From assembly GCA_963675595.2 (NCBI GenBank), contig CAXXLZ010000001.1, forward strand, positions 192,001 through 256,000: 64,000 nt of DNA, written 5' to 3'. The translations under genes were made by a program, and so were the position numbers. The stretch's first letter is position 1. Each line of letters starts with the position of its first letter. Below are positions 25,965 through 36,685 of this stretch, one piece after another. The stretch comes from Thermodesulfobacteriota bacterium (GTDB taxonomy: Bacteria > Desulfobacterota > Desulfarculia > JACQYL01). Below the pieces are notes generated by a model that had not been told where the DNA came from, made no database searches, and worked only from the letters and a program-made list of their open reading frames with translations.

Positions 25965-28796
25965 TTGGCGGTTCCCTATCACGAGGAGAATCCGGTGACC
26001 GGAGAAGGACCGACCTACGATCAGTTGGAAGTCCGGGCGGCCCGAGCCGAGGAGGACCTACGGCTGAGCAACGAAAGATTCTTGAAGGTGTTCAATGCCG
26101 GTCTCTCCTTCATGTACATCCGTTCCATGGAAGATCGGAAACTCATTGAAGCGAATGACGCCTTTCTCCAGTTAGCGGGTTTTTCACGAGAAGAAGTGAT
26201 CGGCCGGACCTTGGTGGAGCTGGGGATTCTCGAACCGAATGCCCAAGAGGCCATACTGGCGGAGTACTCGCGAACCGGGCGGATCAATGATCGTGAGGCG
26301 GAGATCAAATCCGGAACCGGTGGAACCAAACACGTCGTTTTTTCCATGGACGGAATGGAATATGGCGGACGGCCTTGCGTCATCGTGTCCGGGATGGACA
26401 TCACTCGGCACAGGGAGGTTGAAGAGGCGTTGCGCCGCAGCGAGGCCCGGGCCAAACGCAAGCTGGCCGAGCTGGAGGCCATATACGATTCCGCGCCGGT
26501 GGGATTGTGCGTACTCGATCAGGACCTTCGTTTCCTGCGTATCAACAAGAAGCTGGCCGAAAACGACGGCACGTCCCCCGAGGAAGCACTCGGCCGTCCG
26601 TTTCGCGAAATCGTGCCCGGTTTTGCCGACAGACTGGAAGTGCTCTTTCGCCGCGTATTGGACAACGGTGAGGCTGTGCGGAACGTCGAGATCAGCGGTG
26701 AGACGCCGGCTCGGCCGGGAGCCGTCCGCACCTGGGTTGCGGATTATCTCCCCCTTAAAGATGAGCATGGTCACGTGTTGGGCGTCAACGTGGTCGCTCA
26801 TGAGGTGACCGAACAAAGGCGTCTTGAGGCGTCTCTCAGAAAGAGCGAGCACAATGCCCGACAAGCGTGGGAGGAAGCGGTACGAACGGCCGCGGAACTT
26901 CGGGCGGCGCTGGAGTCGGCGTCCGAAGGCGTGGTGTTCTACAGTACGGAAAATAGGATTTCTTATCTGAATCCGGCGGCGGAAGGCCTGATCGGTCTTA
27001 CTCTGAAAGAGGTTTCGGCGATACCTGCTGAAGAGAGGGTTGGTCTGTTTCGGATTAAGAACCCGGACCATAACTGTGTTGAGATTGACGAGCTGGTGAG
27101 CCGACGGGCTCTTAAAGGCGAGGTTCTGGTCAACCACGAATTCTTACTGCTGCCCCGAGGGAGCGATGAATATCGCCACCTTCTTTCCCACGCCGCGCCC
27201 ATCACGCTGGAGGATGGAGAAATCGTCGGGGCGGTTCAGACCTTCACGGACATTACCGAACTCATTCAGGCGAGGGAACAGGCGCGTATGGCCAATGCGG
27301 CGAAGGACCGCTTCTTGGCGAACATGAGTCACGAGCTTCGTACGCCCCTTTCGGGCATTATGGGCCTCACCGATCTTCTAATTCAGCGGCTGCAGAAAAC
27401 GGAGAATCTCCAATATGCACAACTGATCAAAGAATCCGCCGGTTCTTTGAACTCGCTTCTAAGTGAGATTCTGGACTCCAGCAAGATTGCCTCAGGCAAG
27501 CTGACCATTGCTTCACGCCCTTTCAATATCCGAACGGAAATCAACAAAGTCATCAATCTCTATCAAACCAAGGCGGAGGCGCAGGGGATTCACATTGGTT
27601 CGGACCTGGATCCGGACCTGCCTACACTTCTGCTCGGAGACGCCGAAAGATTGGGGCAAGTCCTTCGCAACCTGGTTTCCAACGCGGTCAAGTTTACGGA
27701 TAAGGGGGATATCGAAGTCGGCGCGAAATGTTCTTATGAACCCTCCGGAGAGGTCAACGTCACTTTCCATGTTCGCGATACGGGACCGGGTATCCCTGAA
27801 GATCAGCAGGCCCGCCTTTTTGAAGATTTTTACCAAGTTGAAGATCATCTGACCAAAACGCACTCCGGTACCGGGCTGGGGCTTACCATTGCTCGGGGCA
27901 TCGTGCAGGCCATGGGCGGTCGCATATGGGTGCAGAGCAGCCCGGGGCGGGGCAGCGTGTTCTTCGTCGAAATCGGGTTCCCGGAGTCTGTCGACCAGGC
28001 GGATGCTCCGGAGGAGAAGAGTCCGGAACCGGGCCCGAATGTAAGTAAGGAATTGGCCGTCCTCTTGGTGGAGGACAACAGCATCGTTCAACTGTACATG
28101 CGGAAAATGCTCGAGGACATGGGACACCGCGTCAAGACCGCTCAAGACGGACGAGAAGCCCTGGATGCATTAGAGGCGTTTCGCCCGGACTTAGTCTTGA
28201 TGGACATCCAGATGCCCGTCATGGACGGCTATACAGCCATCCGGGAAATCCGTCGGTCCGACCGGATCCGAAGGGACGTCCTCATTTACGCCCTGACCGC
28301 CTACGCATCGGCGGACGATGTACAAGAAGCTCTGAAAGCGGGAGCCGACGGCCATCTCGTTAAACCGGTGAATTCGGAGAAGCTGAAAATGATTCTATGG
28401 GAGGCCGCCGGGAAACTGGGCCACAAGGAAACGGAAGATTATGAAAAGCGAGTACCGAGGTTCAAAGAGGTACTGGACCTATTCAGCAAGAACGCCGAAT
28501 TCTACTTGGACCTGTGCGATAAGGCAAGAAACGAAATCGTTGGGAAAATGGGAGAGCTCAAGGAAAAGTATCGAGACGGAGACCTTGAAAGGACTGCGGC
28601 CATATGCCATTCCCTGGCCGGCATGGGCGCCACCATCGGTTTCGAAGAACTTTGGCGGGTCGCGGCGGACAAAGAGGCCGAGATATCGGAGGCTGAGGGC
28701 CCCGGCGATTGCGGCGGGCTGGAAGAGATTGAAAGTACGGCCGCAGATGCCGTGGGTTATCTCGATGCTTTGATGGTCCGTCTGGGGAATAAGTGA
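25965..28796 (+). CDS. Multi-PAS hybrid histidine kinase with REC and Hpt domains
   Basis: Three PAS domains; FLANMSHELRTPL; NLVSNAVKFT; DTGPGI, GTGLGL; REC DLVLMDIQMP; Hpt ICHSLAG. Confidence 0.95.
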   Translation: MAVPYHEENPVTGEGPTYDQLEVRAARAEEDLRLSNERFLKVFNAGLSFMYIRSMEDRKLIEANDAFLQLAGFSREEVIGRTLVELGILEPNAQEAILAEYSRTGRINDREAEIKSGTGGTKHVVFSMDGMEYGGRPCVIVSGMDITRHREVEEALRRSEARAKRKLAELEAIYDSAPVGLCVLDQDLRFLRINKKLAENDGTSPEEALGRPFREIVPGFADRLEVLFRRVLDNGEAVRNVEISGETPARPGAVRTWVADYLPLKDEHGHVLGVNVVAHEVTEQRRLEASLRKSEHNARQAWEEAVRTAAELRAALESASEGVVFYSTENRISYLNPAAEGLIGLTLKEVSAIPAEERVGLFRIKNPDHNCVEIDELVSRRALKGEVLVNHEFLLLPRGSDEYRHLLSHAAPITLEDGEIVGAVQTFTDITELIQAREQARMANAAKDRFLANMSHELRTPLSGIMGLTDLLIQRLQKTENLQYAQLIKESAGSLNSLLSEILDSSKIASGKLTIASRPFNIRTEINKVINLYQTKAEAQGIHIGSDLDPDLPTLLLGDAERLGQVLRNLVSNAVKFTDKGDIEVGAKCSYEPSGEVNVTFHVRDTGPGIPEDQQARLFEDFYQVEDHLTKTHSGTGLGLTIARGIVQAMGGRIWVQSSPGRGSVFFVEIGFPESVDQADAPEEKSPEPGPNVSKELAVLLVEDNSIVQLYMRKMLEDMGHRVKTAQDGREALDALEAFRPDLVLMDIQMPVMDGYTAIREIRRSDRIRRDVLIYALTAYASADDVQEALKAGADGHLVKPVNSEKLKMILWEAAGKLGHKETEDYEKRVPRFKEVLDLFSKNAEFYLDLCDKARNEIVGKMGELKEKYRDGDLERTAAICHSLAGMGATIGFEELWRVAADKEAEISEAEGPGDCGGLEEIESTAADAVGYLDALMVRLGNK

Positions 28797-28879
28797 TCTG
28801 GAATTCACCAAAGTGGAAAACGTCGATCAAGTGTGTCCCCGTGTTCCGATTCGCAAAAGAATATAAGTTCCTCCTATCT

Positions 28880-29248
28880 TCAATCGACCAATTCGGCAAC
28901 AATGCTGTGTTTCCGTTTGATTTCCATGATGAGCCGATCATATCGTCGAATACGGATCGTCGCCCGTATAATGAGATAGCCGCCCAGGATCAGAAGCAGG
29001 CAGACAAGCACACCCAATGGAACGAGCAAGTGGATGACCTTCTCGATATCATAGTATTTCGAAGTGGCGATGAGGACGCTTAAGACCGAGATGGGCAGAG
29101 CCAATACCGCAATGCCGGTTCTCATAGCGGACAAAGACGTTCTTTTTTCCGCCAGAAGAAGCTGAGCCTCGTTAATGGCGATCGTCGTGTCCTGAAATTT
29201 ATTCTGCTTCAAGTCGTGACCCTTTTCGCTTTCGTTTCTTTTCGTCAT
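28880..29248 (-). CDS. DUF202/YidH-like small membrane protein
   Basis: LLAEKRTSLSAMRTGIAV motif followed by two TM helices. Confidence 0.75.
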   Translation of the reverse strand: MTKRNESEKGHDLKQNKFQDTTIAINEAQLLLAEKRTSLSAMRTGIAVLALPISVLSVLIATSKYYDIEKVIHLLVPLGVLVCLLLILGGYLIIRATIRIRRYDRLIMEIKRKHSIVAELVD

Positions 29249-29390
29249 GCTTTTTCTTCTTATCCGGGTTGTCCTCAAGCATCAAGTGGAAGCTCCATAA
29301 AACCGGCGTAGGTTGGTCGTCGGGGTTAATAGAGCCCAATTCCTCACGTCTTCCGGAGAAATTGAGGTGACCACACGGAACGGAGGCTTC

Positions 29391-29744
29391 ATGCAGATTG
29401 TGACCAAACGCGTGTACGAGAAGGCTTCCGAGTCCGATGGACGGCGGGTTCTCGTGGACCGGTTGTGGCCCAGAGGCCTGTCCAAGGAAAAGGTTCTCGT
29501 CGACCAATGGGCCAAGGAAGTTTCCCCTTCGAACGAGCTCCGGCAATGGTACGCCCATGATCCGGAGAAATGGGAAGAATTCAAGAAACGATACTTTGCC
29601 GAACTGGACTCGAATCCGAACGCGGTGACAAGTTTCCTGAACGAAATAGGGGAGGGTACGGTCACGTTCTTATACAGCTCCAAAGAGCCCGAACTCAACA
29701 ATGCGACTGCACTGAAGGAATACGTGGAAATCCGGAAAGGATGA
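29391..29744 (+). CDS. DUF488/YeaO-family protein
   Basis: KRVYE...DGRRVLVDRLWPRGLSKE...PSNELRQWYAHDP...NNATALKEY. Confidence 0.92.
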   Translation: MQIVTKRVYEKASESDGRRVLVDRLWPRGLSKEKVLVDQWAKEVSPSNELRQWYAHDPEKWEEFKKRYFAELDSNPNAVTSFLNEIGEGTVTFLYSSKEPELNNATALKEYVEIRKG

Positions 29745-29870
29745 TCTGTTCTTGCGACTTCCGGCAATGCGCGGCGAACCCCTAAGAAAGTGATACGGAC
29801 CAACGGCCGGCGTGGTCGGAAATTTCTCCCCGTGACGGATGCTGGGTTCAAGACAACCGAGAGCGGGGGG

Positions 29871-31259
29871 CTATGACGGGTTTTCCCCGGTTTGGCTCGG
29901 TTGAAACAAGTTCAGCAACGTTTCGATGAGCTTCGCCGCATCCGCGGTTTTCACCACGTAGGCGTTGACTCCGATTTCCTTCGCCCTCTTTCTGGATTCG
30001 GGGGTGTCCTGGTCGGTGAACAGAACCAGCCGAACATCGCGAAGGGAATCGTCCGCGCGTACCCTCCGGCATACTTCGAGACCGTTGATGATGGGCAGCT
30101 TCGCGCCTATGACCACGGCGTCCGGTTTTTCTTTTCGGATCAACCCAAGGGCTTCGGAACCGTCCGAGGCTCCCATGGGAACAAATCCGGCCCGTTGCAC
30201 CAGTCTCGTATAAAGGCCCAAGATTACCGGGTTATCGTCCACCACGGCGACCCTGCGCATTCGTGAGGGCCCCTGCGGTTTTTCCTCCTCCGCCTGACGC
30301 TCTTCGATCACCAGGAGCATGTCCCCTTCCTCGATCCTGAAGTCGGGATGGGGGTCCAGGCTATCGGTTTCCTTCCGGCGAAGTCCCACTATTTTCCGGC
30401 TCATCTCGGCGGCCACCGTTTCCACGGTGTGCCCCGCCATGCTGGACCCTTCCTGGACCAGAACCCACTGTGAGGTCACGTCCGGCAGCGTAAAAGTGCA
30501 GACGTTTTCGATCTCCCGACTGTCTCCTGTGGCCACAAGCATGTTGCTTGCGATTTGTCGGCCGGCGGTGGCGAAGGGCGAGATTACGTTGTCCGCACCG
30601 GCGCGAAGGAGTTTTCGCTCCGAAGAAGCTTCTTCAGCCCGGGCGATAATGTGTAGGGTTGGATTGAGCTCTCGCGCCGTGAGCGTGATGAACAGGTTGT
30701 CGGGGTCGGAAGGTAGAACCGCAATCAGGCCTCGCGCCGTCTTGATGCGCGCTTCATTAAGAAGCTCCTCGCTGGTGGCGTCGCCGACCAGATGGAGTAA
30801 CTCCCTGGCCTCCAACAGGTCCTTCCGTGAAGCGGCTGAGTCGATGACCACGAAATCCTTCCCGGATTTCTCGAAGTGCTCCGCCGCGGCGATGCCCACA
30901 CGACCGCAACCGCAGATGATGTAGTGTCCCTTGAGTTCGGAAATGAGCTTCTTCATTCTTTTTCTCTCCGATGACGCCGAAGCGATTCGTTCCAGAAAGG
31001 ATTCACCGAGAGCATGGCCGAGGAATCCGATGACGGCGAATCCCGCAGCGATCAGAAACGACGTGAATGCCCGGCCTCCCGGACCCAGCGGACGTACCTC
31101 TCCGAAACCCACCGTCGAGATGGTGATTACCGTCATGTAAAGACCGTCCGTTAGTGAATAACCTTCCAAGACCATGTAACCCGCCGTCCCCATGACCAGG
31201 ACGGAGAAGCAGAGCAGGGAGGCCACGAAAAAACGTTGTCGCGAAGTCATCTTGTGCAT
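29871..31259 (-). CDS. 2TM K+ channel with RCK (TrkA-N/TrkA-C) domains and C-terminal receiver-like domain
   Basis: TISTVGFGE filter; HYIICGCGRVG; GDAT; TrkA-C; C-terminal VAVVDD...K receiver fold. Confidence 0.9.
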   Translation of the reverse strand: MHKMTSRQRFFVASLLCFSVLVMGTAGYMVLEGYSLTDGLYMTVITISTVGFGEVRPLGPGGRAFTSFLIAAGFAVIGFLGHALGESFLERIASASSERKRMKKLISELKGHYIICGCGRVGIAAAEHFEKSGKDFVVIDSAASRKDLLEARELLHLVGDATSEELLNEARIKTARGLIAVLPSDPDNLFITLTARELNPTLHIIARAEEASSERKLLRAGADNVISPFATAGRQIASNMLVATGDSREIENVCTFTLPDVTSQWVLVQEGSSMAGHTVETVAAEMSRKIVGLRRKETDSLDPHPDFRIEEGDMLLVIEERQAEEEKPQGPSRMRRVAVVDDNPVILGLYTRLVQRAGFVPMGASDGSEALGLIRKEKPDAVVIGAKLPIINGLEVCRRVRADDSLRDVRLVLFTDQDTPESRKRAKEIGVNAYVVKTADAAKLIETLLNLFQPSQTGENPS

Positions 31260-31906
31260 ATTAGTTGGATCATTCCGGAATACAGGTCCCGGCGGAATTC
31301 GGGTTTCAAACCGTTGCGCTCCAGAAGTCCCGCCGGCCCACCTGAAACCAGATATTCCCGAAAACAGCGGTAGTGCTCTTCACCCGCGGCTCGTTCCACA
31401 AGGTGAATCATGAATCGAGCCGGCCGCGCCCGGCGGTCCGCGGCATCACCATAGTCCACGATGACAAGGGCACCGTGATCTTTGATTACTCTTCGGGACT
31501 CTTTGAGAATACGGGATTGCGTCTCACCTCGTTTTTCGTGAAGGGCCAGAGAGAGAACGACCAGATCGAACGTGGCCGCCGGAAAGTGCAGGTCGGATGC
31601 GTCTTCGAGGAAGAAAGGGACGTCCTCGGGTGCGTTTTCTCGCGCGACGGCGAGCATGGCTGGAGACAGGTCCACTCCCATGACCTGGAAACCATTGCGG
31701 TGAAGAAGCGAGACCTGGGTACCGGTGCCGCAGCATAGGTCAAGGACGCGATGTGCCCCGAGATCCCGGCAGACGCGGAGGACCGCTCGGCGGATCGGGA
31801 CCAGGAAAGGTCCCGGGAAGATGTCGTAGAAGGTCGCGATTCGCCGATATGGGTCCCGCACATTGACTCCCTCGGGGAGGAAGGGAGGAAGGGCTAAAAT
31901 ACGCAT
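31247..31906 (-). CDS. Class I SAM-dependent methyltransferase
   Basis: VLDLCCGTG; GVDLSPAML; FDLVVLSLALHE. Confidence 0.88.
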   Translation of the reverse strand: MRILALPPFLPEGVNVRDPYRRIATFYDIFPGPFLVPIRRAVLRVCRDLGAHRVLDLCCGTGTQVSLLHRNGFQVMGVDLSPAMLAVARENAPEDVPFFLEDASDLHFPAATFDLVVLSLALHEKRGETQSRILKESRRVIKDHGALVIVDYGDAADRRARPARFMIHLVERAAGEEHYRCFREYLVSGGPAGLLERNGLKPEFRRDLYSGMIQLICTR

Positions 31907-32625
31907 CAGCCCAGATAAGCCTTCCGCACTTCCGGATTGTTCTTCAGGTCTTCGGCCGTTCCCTCCATGACGATGCGTCCGGCTTCCATCACATAGGCCC
32001 GATGGGCGTGGGCCAGGGCCAGATGGGCGTTTTGCTCCACCACGAGGAACGTGGTGCCGTTTCTGTTCAGGTCCACGAGCACGGAGAACAGCTCCTTCAT
32101 GAGCAGAGGCGCAAGGCCCATGGACGGCTCGTCCAGGAGTATGAAAGAGGCCCCGGTCATGAATGCTCTGCCCGTGGCCAGCATCTGCTGCTCGCCGCCG
32201 CTCAGGGTGTCTACTCTCTGACGCTTCCGATCGGCCAGTCGTGGAAAAAGACTGAAGACCCTCCGGTAGTCTTCGGCGATGCCTTCCGGGTCTTTGCGGG
32301 CGTAAGTCGCAAGTTTGAGGTTTTCAAAGACCGTCAGGTTGCCGAAAGTGTGTCTTCCCTCCGGAACCAGGGCGATTCGATGCTTGGCCACCACATCGTG
32401 GGCGCGGACGTCCAACAGGTCGACCCCTCGGAAAGTGATGCCGCCGTGAGTGACTATGGGGGCCTCGGGAGGAGGAAGGCGCATGATGGAAAGCAGGGTG
32501 GTGGATTTCCCGGCGCCGTTGGCGCCCAGTAACGCCACCAATTCCCCGGCTCTCACGTCGAGGGAAACACCGTGCAATGCTTCGATGTTTCCGTATCTGA
32601 CCTTGAGGTCCCTGATCTCAAGCAT
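31906..32625 (-). CDS. livF: Branched-chain amino acid ABC transporter ATPase
   Basis: GANGAGKST; LSGGEQQML; LDEPSMGLAP; VEQN. Confidence 0.93.
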   Translation of the reverse strand: MLEIRDLKVRYGNIEALHGVSLDVRAGELVALLGANGAGKSTTLLSIMRLPPPEAPIVTHGGITFRGVDLLDVRAHDVVAKHRIALVPEGRHTFGNLTVFENLKLATYARKDPEGIAEDYRRVFSLFPRLADRKRQRVDTLSGGEQQMLATGRAFMTGASFILLDEPSMGLAPLLMKELFSVLVDLNRNGTTFLVVEQNAHLALAHAHRAYVMEAGRIVMEGTAEDLKNNPEVRKAYLG

Positions 32626-33394
32626 TTCCGGAGTCCCCTCCTCCCAGATAGGCCTCGATGACCTTCTCGTTGTCGCAAACCTCTTGAGGAGAGCCTTCGC
32701 AAATGATGCGTCCGAAGTTCAGCACCTGAATACGGTTGCAGAGCGTCATGACCACTCGCATATGGTGTTCGATCAGCCAGATGGTCAGACTGAAATGTTC
32801 GTGGATCCATCGGATCGTCTCTATAAGCTGATCTATTTCTCCGGGATTCATGCCGGCGGCGGGTTCGTCCAACAAAAGGAGTTTGGGGCGGGAGGCCAAA
32901 GCCCGCCCGATTTCCACTCGTCGCTGCATTCCATAGGGCAGATTCTTCGGCAGTTCGGAAGCGAATCGGGAAAGTCCCATGATCTCGAGAACTTCTTCGG
33001 CGGCCTTTATTGTCCTACGTTCCGACTCCCGGAATCTCCGGTTGCGAAGGACGGCGTCCACCAATCCGTAACCCAGTCCGCTGTGTTGGGAGATGCAGAG
33101 GTTTTCCAGGACGGTCAGGCTGTTCCAAAGACGAATGTTCTGGAAAGTTCGTGATAACCCGAGAGAAGTCACGGAGTGGGGGCGCAGTCCTTTGATGGTT
33201 TCACCTAATAACAGAATATCACCGCGGGTCGGCTGATAAAATCCGCAGGCCAGGTTGAATACCGTAGTTTTGCCCGCTCCGTTGGGTCCGATGAGTCCCA
33301 CGAATTCGCCCGGCTCCAACTTGAGTCGGTAGTCTTGCAGGGCGGTCAGTCCGCCGAAGGAATGCGTGAGGTCTCTGATTTCCAGGAGCGCCAT
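32618..33394 (-). CDS. livG: Branched-chain amino acid ABC transporter ATPase
   Basis: GPNGAGKTT; RTFQNIRL; LPYGMQRRVEI; LDEPAAG. Confidence 0.93.
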   Translation of the reverse strand: MALLEIRDLTHSFGGLTALQDYRLKLEPGEFVGLIGPNGAGKTTVFNLACGFYQPTRGDILLLGETIKGLRPHSVTSLGLSRTFQNIRLWNSLTVLENLCISQHSGLGYGLVDAVLRNRRFRESERRTIKAAEEVLEIMGLSRFASELPKNLPYGMQRRVEIGRALASRPKLLLLDEPAAGMNPGEIDQLIETIRWIHEHFSLTIWLIEHHMRVVMTLCNRIQVLNFGRIICEGSPQEVCDNEKVIEAYLGGGDSGNA

Positions 33395-33400
33395 GTCGGG

Positions 33401-34426
33401 TTACGGTTCCTTGGATGCGAACCACCGACGCAACTTGGGAAAGACGGTGGTGAGCTCTCGATTTCCCATGAGTCCTTCGGGCCGGAACAGCATGAGAAGG
33501 ATGAGCAACATAGGGATAATGACCCATTTGAGCACCTGCAGGGGGCGCAGCAGTTCGAGCAGGATGGTGAATCCTACGGCGCTGAGTATCGAGCCGCTCA
33601 AAGAGCCCATGCCTCCCAGGTAGACCATGACCATGACCTCGGTGGATTTCAGTATGGTGAAGGACCCCGGGTTGATGTACCCCAAAATGTGTGCGAACAA
33701 ACCCCCCGCCACACCCGCCAGGCCGGAGGACAGCATGAACGCGGTGATCTTCATCTTCCTCGTGTCCACGCTCATGATTTCCGCGGAAATTTCATCGTCG
33801 CGGATGGCCATGATTCCTTTGCCGTAGACCGAATTGACGAAACGGTGAATTACGTAGACGCACAGCCCCACGAATACCATGATCCAGATCATGGTCCAAG
33901 GCAGGTCCCAGACCTCCTCCATGGCGTTGACCACTTTTCGCATTCCCATAAAGCCGCGGGCGCCCCCGATGGCCTGCACGTTCTCCACCCCGCTCTTGAC
34001 GATGTAGTTTACCGCCAGGGTGATAATCGCCAGGTAATCGCCGCGGGTTCGAAAGGACGGAATCGCCACCAGAAGCCCGGCGAGGGCCGCGCCCACCCCT
34101 CCGACCACAAGTGTGAAGGGAAACAAAAAAAGGGCGCTCTCAGGAGGCAGCACCGGCGGACCGAATACACGATCGGACGCAAAAAGCCATACGTTCAATA
34201 CGGAGGTGATGTAGGCTCCCACGGCCATGAAACCTGCGTGGCCGCACGAAAACTCCCCCATGTAGCCGTTGATCAGATTGAGAGAGGAGGAGAGGATGAC
34301 GTTGATCCCGATAAACATCAAGACAATCTGCACATAGGCATTGATCCAGTTGCCGCGGGTTGCGGCTAGAATCGCCAGGCAGAGCAGGGCGTAAAGCGCA
34401 TAGGAGGAATAGGATCGTATGGGCAT
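33401..34426 (-). CDS. livM: Branched-chain amino acid ABC transporter permease
   Basis: GEFSCGHAGF; RGDYLAIITL; LGGMGS. Confidence 0.92.
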   Translation of the reverse strand: MPIRSYSSYALYALLCLAILAATRGNWINAYVQIVLMFIGINVILSSSLNLINGYMGEFSCGHAGFMAVGAYITSVLNVWLFASDRVFGPPVLPPESALFLFPFTLVVGGVGAALAGLLVAIPSFRTRGDYLAIITLAVNYIVKSGVENVQAIGGARGFMGMRKVVNAMEEVWDLPWTMIWIMVFVGLCVYVIHRFVNSVYGKGIMAIRDDEISAEIMSVDTRKMKITAFMLSSGLAGVAGGLFAHILGYINPGSFTILKSTEVMVMVYLGGMGSLSGSILSAVGFTILLELLRPLQVLKWVIIPMLLILLMLFRPEGLMGNRELTTVFPKLRRWFASKEP

Positions 34427-34430
34427 GGAG

Positions 34431-35363
34431 TCAGATTTTCGTTGCCCGCGCCATACCGAAAAATCCGGTGGGCTTGACGCTCAAAAAGATCAGCAACACG
34501 GAAAAGGCGATCAGGTCGCGAAGCGTGGATGGAAACAGCGCCGCCACGAAGATTTCCACGAAACCCAACATGAAACCGCCCACCAGCGCTCCTCGGATAT
34601 CCCCGATGCCTCCCACCACGGCGGCGATGAAGGCCTTCCAGCCGATAAGCGCCCCCATGTAGGGTTCCAGTACCGGGTAGGCGGTGACGAAGAGCACGCC
34701 CGCCAACGCGGCCATGGAGGACCCTAAAACAAAGGTGAACACGATGACCGTGTCCACCGGGATTCCCATAAGCGGAACGGCGAACCGGTCGTAGGAGATG
34801 GCCCTCATGGCCATACCCAGCTTGGTCTTCCGGACGATGGTTTCCAAGAAAAGGAACACGCAGATCGTGGTAATGATCACCAGGAGCTTGACGTTGGTCA
34901 CCACCACCTCGCCCCATTGGAACACGGCCTTTGGAATGATTTCAGGGAAGCTACGACGGCCGGCTCCCAGGAGCGCCAGATTGCCGTGTTCCAACACCAG
35001 CCCCGCCATCAGGGCGGTGATGACCACGTAAAGGCGTGCCGCTCCCCTCCTCCGGAGGGGCCGGTAGGCCACGCGTTCGATGGTGACTCCCACGCCTGCC
35101 GTGAGGATCATGGTGACAATCACCGTGGCGATGAAAAGCAGACCGGCGGAGAGTCCCGAGGGGACGGAAAAGGCTTGGATTCCGATGAGGAATGTGGCGA
35201 CGAAGAAGCCGATGTAGGCTCCGACCATGAAGATGTCGCCGTGGGCGAAGTTAATCAGCAGCAGGACACCGTATACCAACGTGTACCCTAAAGCGATGAG
35301 AGCGTAGAAACTTCCCCATTGGAGTGCGTTCAGCAGGTTCTGCAGAAAAACATCAAGGGTCAA
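34431..35363 (-). CDS. livH: Branched-chain amino acid ABC transporter permease
   Basis: YALIALGYTLVYGVLLLINFAHG; KAFIAAVVGGIG. Confidence 0.93.
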   Translation of the reverse strand: MTLDVFLQNLLNALQWGSFYALIALGYTLVYGVLLLINFAHGDIFMVGAYIGFFVATFLIGIQAFSVPSGLSAGLLFIATVIVTMILTAGVGVTIERVAYRPLRRRGAARLYVVITALMAGLVLEHGNLALLGAGRRSFPEIIPKAVFQWGEVVVTNVKLLVIITTICVFLFLETIVRKTKLGMAMRAISYDRFAVPLMGIPVDTVIVFTFVLGSSMAALAGVLFVTAYPVLEPYMGALIGWKAFIAAVVGGIGDIRGALVGGFMLGFVEIFVAALFPSTLRDLIAFSVLLIFLSVKPTGFFGMARATKI

Positions 35364-35515
35364 ATCTTACTTCCTTCTTGAGTGCCGATATGGAGGAGCG
35401 AACCTTGGCCCGAACCCGCGCACACGAGTACCGACGGTCGTGAGTGCGGACTTCCGCTCTCACGATCTCTTCATAGCCGGCGAGGCGGCTTTCCGTCGCG
35501 AGGGCGGAAGATTCC

Positions 35516-36685
35516 CTATTCGGGACACACGGACTTGTAGAATTCGTATTCACCTTGATCGTTGATTTTGACCACCACGGCGCACTTGGACGGATCGCCG
35601 GACTCGGTGAAGCTCATTCGTCCGGTGATGCCTTCGAAGTCCTTGATCTTGGCCAATTGGTTTCTCACCGCATCCCGATCCTTTTCAAGCTTCCCCTTGA
35701 GTCCCCCGGTATTGCGAATCGCTTGGAGCAGCAGGCGCGTGGCGTCCCAGGTCAGGGCCGCCACGTCGTTGGGGACCTTACCGTATCGGTCTTTGTATCG
35801 GTCGATGAACTCTTTGGTCGCCCCTTTGGCTCCCACGGGAGAGTAATGGGTTGTGAAAAAAAGGCCTTTGCAGTCATCGCCGCACAAACCCATCAAGTCG
35901 CCGCTGCCCCAACTATCGCTTCCCAGGACCGGCTTGTCCCAGCCCAACTCGCGAGCCTGCTTCACAATCAGCGGTACTTCTCCGTAGTATTGGGGTACGA
36001 AGAGCACGTCCGCACCGGACTTCGCGATATTGGTGAGCTGGGCGCTGAAGTCGGAATCCTTGGTGGTGAAGGTCTCGAAGGCCACGATGGAATCTTTGCC
36101 GTGTTTAGATTCGAAGGCGTGTTTGAAGTCGTTGGCCAGTCCGTTGGGGTAATCGCTGGCGATGTCGTAAAGCACGGCCGCTTTTGTGGCTCCGAATTCC
36201 TGCGTCGCGAAATTCGCCGCCACCGGACCCTGGAATGTGTCGAGGAAGCAAGCCCTGAAAACATAGGGACGATTCAGGGTGGTATTGGGGTTCGTGGACC
36301 AGGGAGAAATCATGGGAGTACCGAACGAGTCGGCGGTTTCCCCGGCGGGCACCGCCTGCTTGCTGGCCTGAGGGCCTATGAGGGCCAGTACCTCGTTCTG
36401 CGTGATGAGCTTGAGAGCGGCCGCCGTGGCGGATTCCGCTTTTTCTTCATTGTCTTCGTAAAGGAATCGGAGTTTGTAGGTCTTGTCGCCCACTTTGAGG
36501 CCGCCTCCGTTATTGATGTCGTCCTTGAGCATTTCGGCGGCTTGTTTGGAGCTCTCTCCCACATCCGGGATCCCTCCGGTCATGGGCAGGTTGAAGCCGA
36601 TCCTGATCTCTTCCGCCAAGGCCCTTCCCTGGAGAAAAAAGAACAACCCCATCACCGCGACTGCACAAACCAGAACCTTCCGCAT
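35516..36685 (-). CDS. Liv-type ABC substrate-binding protein
   Basis: Signal peptide; IRIGFNLPMTG; STNP; FRACFLDTFQG; DFSAQLT. Confidence 0.92.
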   Translation of the reverse strand: MRKVLVCAVAVMGLFFFLQGRALAEEIRIGFNLPMTGGIPDVGESSKQAAEMLKDDINNGGGLKVGDKTYKLRFLYEDNEEKAESATAAALKLITQNEVLALIGPQASKQAVPAGETADSFGTPMISPWSTNPNTTLNRPYVFRACFLDTFQGPVAANFATQEFGATKAAVLYDIASDYPNGLANDFKHAFESKHGKDSIVAFETFTTKDSDFSAQLTNIAKSGADVLFVPQYYGEVPLIVKQARELGWDKPVLGSDSWGSGDLMGLCGDDCKGLFFTTHYSPVGAKGATKEFIDRYKDRYGKVPNDVAALTWDATRLLLQAIRNTGGLKGKLEKDRDAVRNQLAKIKDFEGITGRMSFTESGDPSKCAVVVKINDQGEYEFYKSVCPE

